A stretch of DNA of 64,000 nucleotides from Amoebidium appalachense (Eukaryota; Protista; Ichthyosporea): contig CAVNZM010000016.1 of NCBI GenBank assembly GCA_963693365.1, positions 6,803,029-6,867,028 on the forward strand, read 5' to 3'. Both the position numbers and the translations under genes were made by a program. A model generated the notes under the pieces. It was given only the letters and a program-made list of their open reading frames with translations. It searched no databases and had not been told where the DNA came from. Below are positions 1 through 13,451 of this stretch, piece after piece (position 1 is the stretch's first letter; every line of letters begins with the position of its first letter).

Positions 1-106
1 ATTCCCAGATGTTGACAGATCTATAAAGAAGAATATGGTTATGCAAGCGTACACGTGTACTGGTGTTCATTTCCCACATTTCTGAGCCCCCCCCCCCCCC
101 CCCCCC

Positions 107-675
107 GCCCCAAAAGCAATGGGTGATACCATATTTCCGGCTGACATCCGGGGGCATAGCTTTCCGTTCGAAGACGTTAAAGTTCAGCCCTAGTAAGCGT
201 GTTACTACCTGCGGCGTGGGTCAAATATCATATTTTCCCCTCTGATTGCGAATTCTGCGGCCTTCGGGACTTAATCTTTTCAGCTGGTGTAGTATGTTAG
301 CCAGGGAAGTATCGACTTAGGTAGCGACGCGGGAGCTTCCTAGAAGCCCCGTCTCGTGAGTTCCTATCTATATTTTTCTTGCTTCTGTTTACTGCTGCAA
401 CTTTAACCCCCGGCCTTTCCCACTGCCCTTGCCTGCATAAGCAACCCTGCTCGTCTCTGATCAAGACGGGTGACCTACCCATGTTCAAGTGAAACAGTAT
501 CTGAGTTGGGTTTCGTTAACGAGGGGAATAGGTCGAAACTCGGGTACTGTGGATGACGTGGGCACCCCCTGAGCATGGGCTCTGCTTATTATGCATACTC
601 TTTATGTATGGCTTGCATTCTGCATCGTGTTATCCGTTTGTCCTTGTGTACTTCGTACTTTTTGACGCATTCAAA
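107..675 (+). mobile_element. Dispersed structured non-coding element, subfamily A (long copy), flanked by poly(C)
   Basis: Near-identical to the reverse complement of 61917-62519. Poly(C) at 87-106 and 676-693; ends CATTCAAA. Confidence 0.85.
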
Positions 676-1021
676 CCCCCCCCCCCCCCCCCCCGCCCCG
701 TCCCCTCCTCGCTCGCCCTCCCCTTCCCCTAGAAAAGTGGTTGGGAGGGGGGGAAGGGGGGGAGGAGGGGGACTCCAGTTATACTTGTGAGTCCAGTTAA
801 GGGCACCGAAACACATACGGGCACGCGTCTCCTCATGCGCACATACACATACGCACCTGCACCCATAGATAGGAGCGTGTGCACTTGGACCTCCCGGATG
901 CACACACAGAGATAGAGAGAGAGAGGGACACAGATGCATACTCGCACACACATGCATGCTAGCGCATACACCCAGGTCACTACACTCAATCAAACACATA
1001 ATGAAACACCATCTGACATCT

Positions 1022-1086
<65 letters not shown>

Positions 1087-1190
1087 TGCCTGATCACGGT
1101 GGTTCTACTCCGGCTGCTTGATGCTTTCACATCCGTGAAGGTGCCACACCTGCAAGCAAGAAAAGCCCAGGACTGTACGTGTCTGTCTGT

Positions 1191-1221
<31 letters not shown>

Positions 1222-1613
1222 GGGGGGGGGATCCATGTGCATGTGTTTGTGTGTGCGTGCGTGTGTGTGTGTGTGTGCGCGCGCCGCGCGCGTGGGTGTG
1301 TGCGTGTATGCGCGTGTGCGTTCGTGTGTCCGTGTGTGATTGTGTTTGTGTGAGTGTCTGTAAGTGTCTGTGAGCGCGCTTGTCTGTCTTCATGTGTGTG
1401 TGTGGGGGGGGGGTGTCTGTCTTCATGTGTGTGTGGGGGGGGGGGGGAGGGTGTCTGTCTTCATGTGTGTGTGTGTATGCACAACACTGTACGCAGGCTT
1501 TTCTGAGCTGTCGGTTAGGGATTATCTGCCGGGGTTAGTTCCCCACTGTGTGTGTGTTAGTAGCGGGGAGCTTGGTTTTAACCAAGTGCCATCCCCGAAA
1601 GGGGGGAGGGGCT

Positions 1614-1644
<31 letters not shown>

Positions 1645-1691
1645 AAGAGAGAGAGAGGGAAGGAGGAAGGGCGGGGGGTGGGGTGGGAGGT

Positions 1692-1727
<36 letters not shown>

Positions 1728-1877
1728 GAGATACGGGGAAGGACACTAATTGCTGGGGCAGGGCTGCCGTGCACCATGCTGTTTGTGGCAATGCTTTTCA
1801 CCGGCACAAAAAGGTATAAACCCCCCCTCCCCCCTGCCCCCTCCTCCCCCTCCCCCCCCCCCTCCCCCCCCCCAACA

Positions 1878-1929
<52 letters not shown>

Positions 1930-2224
1930 GAGAACAGACCTTGGTATGTGATTACGAACTGTTTGTCGTACACATGCTCTTCCCATCTCCTTCTCCCCCT
2001 TCACATCCGCGTTAACACCCCCTCCCCCCCCCCCCCCCCCCCCCCGTGGGTGATTGGGTCGAAACCTGGGTACTGTGTATGACTTGGGCCCACCCCGGGG
2101 TGACCTCTGCTTATTGTGCATAGCCTTTCTGTTTGGTTTGCACTCTGTGTGGTGGTGTCCTCTATGAGTAGTGTACTTCGTACTCGTTAACACAGTCTAA
2201 CCCTCCCTTTGTTGCTGAAGGCAC

Positions 2225-2269
<45 letters not shown>

Positions 2270-2365
2270 CACGTACACGTACACACACACACACACACAC
2301 AGCCTTCAGTATTTGTCTATTCCCATCGTTACGGTCTTCAAGAATCTCACAAACATCTTCGTAAG

Positions 2366-2398
<33 letters not shown>

Positions 2399-2423
2399 AC
2401 GCCCCTCCACCCCTCCCGTCCCA

Positions 2424-2462
<39 letters not shown>

Positions 2463-2966
2463 ACCACCACCACCACACCACCACCACCCAACCCGACCCC
2501 ACCCCCTTCCCCACACACCCCTTCCCTCCCTCTCCCGCCACCCACCCACCCATCCACTCACAGCCCCACCCAACACAAGGGCACATGCACGGTTTTTTTT
2601 CCGTCTTTGGTCCGAGACCCCCCTACCCACCCACCCCCCTCCCCCCTCCCCCCCCGCGCTGCCTACCTCACACCACAGTTTCCCATATCTGTCTCAACCT
2701 TTCACTGACCACACACGCATTCTCCTTGTAACCCCACACCTTTGCGTGTTAGTTTGTTTCTTGAGCATTGCAGAGTGTTGACAGATGGGATGCAGGCCTG
2801 GTTAGTGCAGAAAAGGGAAAGAAACGGGGGGGGGGGGGGGGGGTAACGAAATCACATCAAAGCCGGGAAGAATGTTGCCGTGTGTGCTATGTCTGTGCGC
2901 ATGAGTGGCAGCCGGAGAAAGGGACACTTTTTTCCCCCTTTTTCTTTCCCTTTTTTTTTCTTTTTC

Positions 2967-3012
<46 letters not shown>

Positions 3013-3627
3013 TGCGGGGACGGAGGGGTTGGTGAAATGGCGGTGGCAGGGAGAAGAGGGGATGGGTGAGGCGTGTTCTAGATCGCAGAAAGGGCAAAAG
3101 GAGGGCCGCCCAGGGTGGGGTGGATGGGGGGAAAGGGCTGTGGGCTGCTTGGTCTAATGTATTGCTGTGGGGGGATACAGGTGGCCTACGGAGACAAGTA
3201 CTTTTACAACAAGCCAGTCAGTACGGGGATCATGTTTGCTCTGTGGATGATGGTAGGTGGCCATGCTACCTTGGGAAGGACACAGCCCTTCTTTCTTATC
3301 TCTCTTCTTTTCTTACTCTACGGTATCCTTTTCCAAATCTTCGGTGTTTAATTGTAAAGATCCATATTGAGTCTGAGGACCAAGTCAGTCGAATAAATTC
3401 TCACCGTACCAGATCCTGTTTCACCACACTATTCACATGACACACACACGCACACCTTCTCTTCTTAGTTAAATTCCAACCCCCCCTCCCCTCCTCACCC
3501 ACTTAGCCTCCCTCCTGCCTGACGTCTCCCCCCCCCTTCCCTCCCGCAATTCCTGTCTTCCCCCCCATCTCCCCCCCCCCCCCCCCCCAAAAAAAAAAAA
3601 AAAAAAAAAAAAAAAAACACACACGCA

Positions 3628-3722
<95 letters not shown>

Positions 3723-3725
3723 ACA

Positions 3726-3761
<36 letters not shown>

Positions 3762-4625
3762 CACGCGCGCGCACACACACACACGCACACACACACACAT
3801 ACACACACGCACACAGGTGCTAGGGTCCCTTCTTGCCGGGTGGACCGATCTTCAGTTTGATATCGTTGGCTATTTCTGGATGGTCACTAACTGTCTCAGT
3901 ACTGGTGGATACACTCTGTATGTGCACAAGGCCAGAAGCGTATGTGATACCCCCCCCCCTCCCACACACACACACACACCCACACACGCACCCACCCCCA
4001 CCCCACCCCCCTCCCTTCTCCCCCCCCTCCCTCCCCCCCCCCCCCCCCCCCCCGCATACTGTGCGCATGGCTGATGTTGCATACTTGAATGTTTGCCTTT
4101 GCATGTGTCCTGCACCATGCTTCTCGTCGTGTATGCGTACTTCGTACCGTGTTCCGCATTCAAACCCCCCCCCCCCCCCCCCCCCCCCCCGTAACGCCGT
4201 TTTCTCTTTCTTTCGTTCCTTTCTCTTCCACTCCTCTTCACACTTTTGCTGCCACTTCTGCCCCTCCTGTCCCTTAGCATAATATTTCAACCTCCCCCCC
4301 CCCCCCCCCCCCCCCCCCTCTCCTCCATCCTTTTCCATTCCACCCCAGCCGTCGAGACCCTTGCGTTTGTGGAGGCAGGGCAACCCCCTTTGGTGATGTG
4401 CGCTCTGTTCCAGTTTCTTTCGTCTGCCCAATTGGTTTCATTTCATCCTTGGTTCTTTTTCTTCGTCGTTTTTATGTCTTTGCATCCATAATATTGTTGC
4501 TACTCTCGAATGCATACATCCCCATCCCCCCCCCCCTCCCCTCCAACACCTCCCCTCCAACACCGCCCCTTCCCCCAACCCTCCAACCACCCACCACCAC
4601 CACCAGCACCACCCATGACCCAACC

Positions 4626-4656
<31 letters not shown>

Positions 4657-5184
4657 GCTCGCTTTTGTGTATCCATTATTAGATATCTTTATTTCGGCAC
4701 CCTTACAATTGGCGCTCCATACTCCGTAAAGCATTCTAACACCCCCCTCGGCTTATATGAACCCCCACCTTCAACCCCATTCCCTCTGCTCCTCCCCCCA
4801 TCCCCCCCACCCTCACTCTCCCTCTCCCCTCTCCCCCCCTCCCTCCCCCCCCCCCCCCCCCCCTCGCCCTCTCTCCTCACCCTCCCCCCTCCCCCTCCAT
4901 CTTCATCTCATTCCCCCCCCACAGAAAACAGGCCTTGACCAATGGGGCATGTCGTTCTACAACAATGCGCTGACTGTGCCCCTCACTGTTATCCCCATGG
5001 TCCTGTTTGGAGAACTTACAAACCTCCCCGAATAGTATGTGTTCCCCTTCCCCCGTCCCCTCCCCACCCCCCTCCCCCCCACGCACGCACGCACGCACAC
5101 ACACACGCGCACACACGCTTGAATGTTTTATGTTCTTGTGTCCCCGCATCGTGTTTTTTGTTGTGTAGGTGTACTTCATACCGC

Positions 5185-5219
<35 letters not shown>

Positions 5220-5355
5220 ACCCTACTGCTCTAGCCTTCTCCTCCATGACGATGGGGTGGTTATGTCGTGTAGCAAATAGCTTTTGCCATGGTGTAGGCC
5301 CGTCAGATGGTGCCATTAACAATGTTCGTCCTTGTGTTGTTTCTTCAGCCCCCCC

Positions 5356-5386
<31 letters not shown>

Positions 5387-7527
5387 ACACAGACACACAC
5401 ATGTACACACACACACATTCACACATTCCCTCGCCACATGCAGCACCTACAATTCCCTTGGTTGGTCTCTTCTCTTTGCTGTCTTGCACACACAGCGCCT
5501 CCCCAAACAACACACGACCCCCCCCCCCCCCCTCCCCCCCCCCCCCCCCCCCCCCCCTTCCCCCTCTCCCCCCTGCCTTTCTTTCACTCAAATTTACTTG
5601 GATCCCCCCCCCCCCCATGTATTTCCACTAAAGCATGCAACCCCCCCATATATGTATAAAGGGGCATTAAACGACATCACATACAAGACACGGGGCCCTA
5701 TCCATGAACATGATCTATTTGTAGTTCACTGACACTTGCGGTGTGCTATATATAGCCCGTACCTGTGGGATGGGGGCTTCCAGTTTGCACTGTTTGTGAC
5801 GGGGGCTGTGGGCACGGCCCTCTCCCTGGCTTCTTTCTGGTGCCAAAAGGAGACATCACCTACCACGTACAGGTGTGTGTGTATGTGTATGTGTGTGTGT
5901 GTGTATGTGTGCAGGTGTGTGTGTGTGAGTGGGTGGGTGGGTGGGTGGGTGTGGTTGTGTGTGTGTGCGTGTGTGTTTGTGTTTCTGTTTCTGTTTGTGT
6001 AGGATGCTGACTACTACTAATGTGTGCACAGCATGATGAGGATACTAACCAAGTACTGTGTGCACAGCATGATGGGGGCATAATTAGATGCCAACCAAGT
6101 ACTGTGTGCACAGCATGATGGGGGCATTATTAGATGCCAAGTACTGTGTGCACAGCATGATGGGGGCATGATTAGATCCTAACCAAGTACTGTGTGCACA
6201 GCATGATGGGGGCATGATTAGATGCTAACCAAGTACTGTGTGCGCAGCATGATGGGGGCATGATTAGATGCTAACCAAGTACTGTGTGCACAGCATGATG
6301 GGGGCATGATTAGATGCCAAGTACTGTGTGCACAGCATGATGGGGGCATGATTAGATGCTAAGTACTGTGTGCACAGCATGATGGGGGCATAATTAGATG
6401 CTAACTAAGTACTGTGTGCATAGCATGATGGGGGCATAATTAGATGCTAAGTACTGTGTGCACAGCATGATGGGGGCATAATTAGATGCTTACTAAGTAC
6501 TGTGTGCACAGCATGATGGGGGCATGATTAGATGCTAAGTACTGTGTGCACAGCATGATGGGGGCATAATTAGAAGCTAACCATGTACTGTGTGCACAGC
6601 ATGATGGGGGCATAATTAGATGCTAACCAAGTACTGTGTGCACAGCATGATGGGGGCACTCAACAAGATCCCCATGACCATTATCTCCTACTTCCTCTTT
6701 GCTGCTCCAATCAACTTCAGCAACGCATGCAGCATCGCATTCGGTATGCTCACATTTTACCCTCCCCCTACCCCAACCCCCCACTCTCCTCCCCTTCCCC
6801 TCTCCCCGCCATAAATCCCCCCTCCCCCTCCCCAGGGCGCCTCAAAACTCTCTTCCCTCTTTCTCTTGCAAACACACTCTCCTCCCCACCTTACCTCTCC
6901 CCCTCGCCCTACCCTTCCCCCCCCCCCCTCCTCCTCCTTTCCTTCTCTTGCCACCCCCCCCCCCCCTCTCTCTCTCCTCTATCTCTCTCTCGCTCCTTTT
7001 CTCCTCTCTCTCTCTCCTCTCCCCCCTCCCCTCCCCCCTCCTCTCTTGTTCTCCCTTGCAGCCTCTTCCCACATTCTTCCTTTTTCAAAAGTAAAACCAC
7101 ACAGGAAAGTGTACTTTTTCATGGTGAAGCACATATGGGTGAGCATCAAAGATAAACACAGATAGACAGGCACGGAAGACAACCCCGCACAGCCCACTTG
7201 TGTGTTCGTTTTTGATGGTGTTGCTGAAATCCCGCCTCTCCTCCTCCCCCCCTCCACCCCCTCCCCCCCCCCCCCCCCCCCTCCTCAAAAAAAAAACCCA
7301 ATGCACGCGTGGAGATTTCGGCATGCCATTGTGTGTTTTACTGCATTGTGCTTCTCGTTGTTTGTATTTGTACTGCATACAAAAGAAAGGGGGGGGGAGG
7401 AGGGGAGGGGGAGGGGGGGGGGGGGAGAGGAGGGGGGGACGTTGGGCTAACACAAGACAACGCTACAGGTCTATTCAGTGGGGTTGTGTATGCGTACATC
7501 AAGCTCAAGGAGATGCCCAAGAAGTGA
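1087..7527 (+). CDS. Nucleotide-sugar transporter, GDP-mannose transporter type (VRG4/GONST, SLC35D-like); multi-exon, N-terminal exons unresolved
   Basis: GT-AG exons at about 1087-1174, 1761-1812, 2303-2360, 3181-3252, 3817-3939, 4925-5034, 5756-5872, 6646-6743 and 7469-7527 join in frame: [114 protein letters not shown] and TTYSMxGALNK are family motifs. Confidence 0.9.
2046..2200 (+). mobile_element. Same element family, divergent 5'-truncated copy
   Basis: GGTCGAAAC..GTACTGTG.ATGACTTGGGC..CTCTGCTTATT..GTACTTCGTAC collinear with 531-660. Preceded by poly(C), followed by CCCTCCC. Confidence 0.75.
4054..4164 (+). mobile_element. Same element family, subfamily B, short 3'-end copy
   Basis: Nearly identical to 47414-47524. 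Poly(C) on both sides; ends CATTCAAA. Confidence 0.85.
6000..6658 (+). repeat. Intronic minisatellite, about 15 copies of a 42/46-bp unit that duplicates the branch point, 3' splice site and first 13 nt of the next exon
   Basis: Unit TAGATGCTAACCAAGTACTGTGTGCACAG|CATGATGGGGGCA(T[A/G]AT). Only the last copy continues as CTCAACAAG (MMGALNK). Confidence 0.9.
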
Positions 7528-8411
7528 GATGATAGGTGCAAACATAGCCGTATAAGGTTATTGTACCACTACAAAGAGTGGATGAAAACCTGGCAGGCAA
7601 CGCAGTGCGTAATCTGCACTGTAAGTGGTCTGTGTGGAATGCTTGGGGCTGGTTCCCCGACTATGTAATTGGTTGCTATTTTTAGGCACACTGGTTGTGC
7701 CTTGGGTGCTGGCCACCCTATTTAGGTTCATGTGGAATGAGGTTGTGTTGAATAAAGGCTGTACTTCCTAATTTGGAAGGTTGTCGTGGTATGTGCAATA
7801 GAGCGGTGGTGCGTGTATGCCGGCCGAGGGGGGGGGGGGAGGCGGGGCATGTTAGGGAGGGGTGGCTTCAGTACTATAGCTATATGCCTGTTTGTCTCTA
7901 TATATTTGTCTCTATACAAACGATTTTCGGTCTACCCACCAAATTTAAATGGCGATGGACAGTTGGTCCAAAAAAAGCGCACATACATCCACACTTACAT
8001 GCGCACTGCACACATGCACACACATGCACACCGCACACTTGCACAGACACATGCACACCGCACACATCCACACACACACACACACATACTCACTCTGCAC
8101 ACATCCACACACATGCAACACACCACACACACACACACACACATGTCCTTGCTGTGTTTGCTTCTTCCATGCCCATTGGGTATACGTATGTCACATAAGT
8201 GCCAGGTCACAGCATACGCATCGATATCACATTGTGTGGGCACGTGCAAATATGATGGTGTATTTGCTGCGCTGGCAAGGATGGAGCGGGCAGGGAAGGG
8301 GTTGGGGGTGTGGAAGGAAACAGGTGAAGAGGGAAAGGGTGAGGTGGAACCGGGGGGGGGATTAGAGATGGGGGAGGAGATTGGAGGGGAAGGGGGGAAG
8401 GGGGGGGAGCT

Positions 8412-8445
<34 letters not shown>

Positions 8446-8588
8446 GAGGGGGGGATTAGGGGGAGGGGGGGGGGGGGGGGGGGGGGGGGGGATGAAGGAT
8501 TGGGAGGGGAGTCACGGTAAGTGAGCGGGTGGGCATGCCATTGGGACCTATAAGGGACAACGATTGTTCGGGTTGTTATGTAACAAAG

Positions 8589-8619
<31 letters not shown>

Positions 8620-8653
8620 CTGTGTTCAGCTGTGTGTATGTGTGTGCGCGCGC

Positions 8654-8726
<73 letters not shown>

Positions 8727-8744
8727 TGTTTTTGCATGTGTTGT

Positions 8745-8785
<41 letters not shown>

Positions 8786-9394
8786 GGTGGGTGTGTGGGT
8801 GTGGTGACCATGTGTGAGTGAGTGAGTGTGTGTGTGTAACGGTGTATTGTTGTGTGTGCGCGCGCATGTGCAGCCATCCGTGTGCATGTGTACAGTAGGG
8901 GCTGCCCCGGGGGGGGGGGGGGGGGGGGGGGGGTTGGCTTTTGGTAAGGGAGGGTGGTTGGTTCGAAAGACAAAGACAAGGTTGCAGAATGGGAGTTTGG
9001 AGGGGGAAGGGGGGGAAGGGGGGGGGGGGGGGGGGGGGGGAGGACTCGGTCGCTACATCCTGCATACATAAAGTTCAACCACTTGTGTAGGTGGTTCTCG
9101 TTGTGGTTTATTCGAAGCTGGCGGTGATGGTGTGTCGTAAATTATTACAAAGCCTTTAAGCATATGTTTTGATATTTGGATGTATCTTGGGGCCATATGT
9201 CAGCACCGTCAATACCAGACATCAATGTTTGCTTAATTTTAGCTGTTTTATACTGCACCCCAAGCTAAATATTTGGGGGCCTGAATCTACTCTCACAGAC
9301 CAAACTGCATTAAACCGGTAAACTTAAATCACATTCACTACTTGCCACTTGGTTAGCTATTTTGCTGCATTGGCACTACTATCCTTAACCTAAT

Positions 9395-9659
9395 CTAGGC
9401 GTTAAGGCGGTCCAGATAGTTGTACCAGTAGGGGGGCAGGGCAGCCCACGGCCACTCTGTAGCCAATCTGTTGTTGGGGTAGTGGTATTTGATGTTGGCT
9501 TGCATGACGTCAGACAGGCTGGCATAGGCTTGGTCCTCGGTGGCCCTGGGGGGTTGGGGAGGTTGGGTCAGAACAGGGACACAAGGACGAAGAATTGGTT
9601 AGCCGTGGACCCCGGGGGCGAGGGGGGGGGGGGTGGGGGGGATGGGGGGATGGGGGGGT

Positions 9660-9695
<36 letters not shown>

Positions 9696-10958
9696 TTGGC
9701 ATGGTTTGGGTGGTTATTGATGGCGAGAAAGTGCGTGTGTGTGTGTAGGGGTGGAGGGGGGGGGGGGGGGGGGGGGGGAGGGGGGACTTCGAAGGGTGGA
9801 GGGGGTTCTGAATTATTTAAACTTCCTTGGTGGTTTTATGATGGAAGGGGAGTTCTATCCGTAAAAATCCCATTAACTCGCAAATCTACATCGCGATTGT
9901 GGGCAAATAGAAGCCATTCCGTCAAGCATTCTCGACACATCTGGGTAAGGCACGGGTGGGGCGCAGAGTAGGGGGGGAAGGGGGGGGGGGGGGGGGGGGG
10001 AGGAGGGGGGGGAGGAGGAGGGGGATGTGGGGGGGGGGGGGGGGGGGGATAAGAGAAGGTCTGAGGAAGTGTATGGATGGCAGTCTCAGGCTCACACACA
10101 CACACACACACTCTCTCTCTCTCCCTCTGTCTCTCTCTCTCTCTCTCTTTCCCCCCTCCCCCCTCCCCCTCCACTCCCTCCCCACCCTTTCCCTATCCCC
10201 TCTTAAACCCCCCCGAAAAAGAAACACAGACGAGAAAGGCAGCATTCCGAGCTGCACCTTCCCATTGGGAGGATAACATGAACATGCAATGGGGGCACAC
10301 CAAGAACAAACGTACCCAAACAGCAGGGTGCCAGCATTTGTTGTCCCGGCCAGCAAAGCATTTTTGAACGGTTCGATGGAGTCTCCTCTGGGCACGAACT
10401 GCAAATGGGTAACTGCTGTTAGTCTATTGAGGCCCCTCGAGTCCAAGGCCCCTCCCATGTAATAAACGAGATATCCCAATCTTTGAATAACATATATTTC
10501 ACTTTCCTAACACCTGTTATCTGTTCAGTTCTCACTTCCACAGCGGTCCATTAGGCAGGCGCAATTTAGCACAGAGACAAGAACAGCATGCTGCCCAGTC
10601 ACGGATGACACACCATTTTTCCACACTTACCCCACAGTATGGACCCGGCCCAAAAGTGCCCGAAGCGCTGCTCCACAAGAGAGAGTAGCATCCATCTGCA
10701 AGTGAGGGGTGTAGGAGTCAGTGTTATGCCATGATGTAATTTCCGTTCGTTTTACAAGTCTAGTATGACGTGCAATAGCCAACTTAAAAGGCCCTGCAAG
10801 GATGAATTTTTGTGTGAGTGTGCCTGCCCCATAAACACATATGGTTGTAATGGTGTGTGAGACCCTATGTCGCCGGCTAGTACTGTACATGTAAAACTGT
10901 AGATGAAGCCCCCCTTCTCCCTCCTCCCCCCCCCCCCCCCCCTCCCTTCCCCCGCTGC

Positions 10959-10989
<31 letters not shown>

Positions 10990-11206
10990 ACCACCACCAC
11001 CACCACCACCATCACCATCACCACCATCACCGTGGAACACACACACACACACACAGACACACACACACCACACACACCACACACATACACACACACGACC
11101 ACCGCCACGACCACCACCACAGCCACCACCTCCCCAAAACACGAGTTTCCATATGAGAAACTCAGGTTGCCAAAGCAGATCCGATAACTGGTAAGATTCC
11201 CCCCCC

Positions 11207-11246
<40 letters not shown>

Positions 11247-11289
11247 CTCCCTTTCCTGTTGCTTTCTGCTTCATGCTTTTTTTTTTTTT

Positions 11290-11375
<86 letters not shown>

Positions 11376-13057
11376 GGGTTTGTGCGCGCGTGTGTGTTTG
11401 TGTGTGGGGGGGAGGGGGGAGGGGGGGGAAGAAGGGAGGAGGGAGGGAGGAGGACGCGGAGACTCCAAGGGGAATTCCACCGAACACCTGCCCTGCAACT
11501 AACTCCTCCCCCGTCCCTCCTCCCCCCCCCCCCCCCATAACACATACACACACACACACGTACACACACACATCATACACATTTCCCCAGTTATTTTTCG
11601 AGCCATTTGTTACGATATCAAGCTCCTACCCTGCAACCAGCTTAATCATCCGTGCCACCGCTCCCCCGCCCTCCCCCCCCCCCCCCCCCCCCCCCGCCCC
11701 GCCCCCCTTCCCCCCATTCGTTTCAAGTTCATCACAGCCAAAGTTATACCCTTGAAGACCCCCACCACTTATCCTGACAGTGATACACATCCCATCTCAC
11801 GACACAGCTCTACAATCCATGCCCAACCACCCCATAATCTTACTTGCTGCAGTTGGGTACCAGCGGCCAGGCCCATCCTCATAGATGATCATCACATCTA
11901 CAGGCCGGGGCAGCTCAGCAGATGGCTTCCAAAGGCCTGTAGGAGGTGTGCCCCCACAGTTGTAGACGATAAGGCCGTTGGGGTCTTTGGACCGGATGTA
12001 CTTGACGATCTGTACAGCGCACCCCGGTAAGTTGGTTATCATAACTTGACCTTTCTTTTTTATTGCTCAATGATGATTGGGTGAACAGTAGACGATGCAT
12101 GTGAATGAAGAAGTGGTGCGTATTTGAATTTGAAAGATTTATGGATGCATGCATTTTGATGGTAATGAAAGGGATATCTATGGGTGCGGTAACAAGAGAG
12201 TTAGTCGTACCTGAACATATTGGGCGGTGTGGTTGTATCCCCAGAACTGCAGAGTGTCTTGGTAAAGGTTGGAGCCCTCGTCGATAAAGATGCCAGCAAA
12301 CCCGGGCACACCTCTGTATAGGTCGTACCATGTGTCGATGTCACGGTAGACGTCGGCAAGATCACTGTGAAGGGAATGGCCTATTCAATACTTCGGTACT
12401 TATGTGTGTGCTAGATGCGTAGAGGCCATGCAGGGATGCATTGGGAAAGAAATTTCCATATATGGGCATCTACGAAGGATATGCTAGGCAAATATGAGCA
12501 TCAGAGTTAGTGGTTCGCTGCGGTAATGTGCGGTATGCAGGTACCACCAAGGCGAGCCAAGTTAGCCGTGCATGAAATGTTCTTTATAGTCTTTCCCTAA
12601 ATGCGTAAAAGGTTGTCTTGCGCAAAAATGGGAAGAACACCCAAAACACCATTTTTTGCAAACACTTGAAGTTAATCAACCTAGATATTAGTGATTGATT
12701 ATAACAACAAAACTTCAAGCAGTTTCCTGCCGTGGATTCTTCAAGTGGTAAAGGCATTGGGGTTTGTTTGCCCAGAGGAGAATGTTAACGGTTTCCTTAC
12801 CGGAAGCCCACTTGCTCCCAGGTAGCTGTGCTGGGGTAGTAGTTTGTCTTCTTGGTGTAGATGTAGCCGAGTGTGCGGCCCCCGTGTGCACCAACAAACC
12901 CCATGCAGGTCTGCAGATCACAAATTGCCAATGAGTTCTCACTAATATTAAAGCAATAGGCTGTTTAAACACAGTAGAAAAATGGCTCCCTCTAAGTTAC
13001 ACCTGGTACATCTCCTCCCCACCCCACCACCACAACCACCACCACCACCACAATCAG

Positions 13058-13099
<42 letters not shown>

Positions 13100-13411
13100 A
13101 TACTCCAACCCTTTCACCTCTCCCCGTCACCCACCCAAACATAAACAACACAACAATAACAACAACAACAACAACAACAACAATAACAACAAAAGAGGGT
13201 GAGGGGGACCCCCCCTCCCCCCATCCCCCCCCCCCCCCCCAAAAAAAAAAAAATACTCCAACCCTTTCACCTCTCCCCGTCACCCACCCAAACATAAACA
13301 ACACAACAATAACAACAACAACAACAACAACAAAAATAACAACAAAAGAGGGTGAGGGGAGGGGGGGGGGGGGGGTGGGGGGGGGGGGGGGGGGGGGGGG
13401 GGGAGGGGGGG

Positions 13412-13451
<40 letters not shown>

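Noticed and set aside
437-589. Hammerhead or HDV-like ribozyme assignment for the structured element
   Set aside because: No CTGANGA correctly placed relative to CGAAAC. The would-be HDV catalytic C (GGCTAA in subfamily B) is G or T in other copies, and P3/L3 cannot form.
6000-6658. CRISPR-like array
   Set aside because: Contiguous tandem units without unique spacers, derived from a splice junction; no cas genes.
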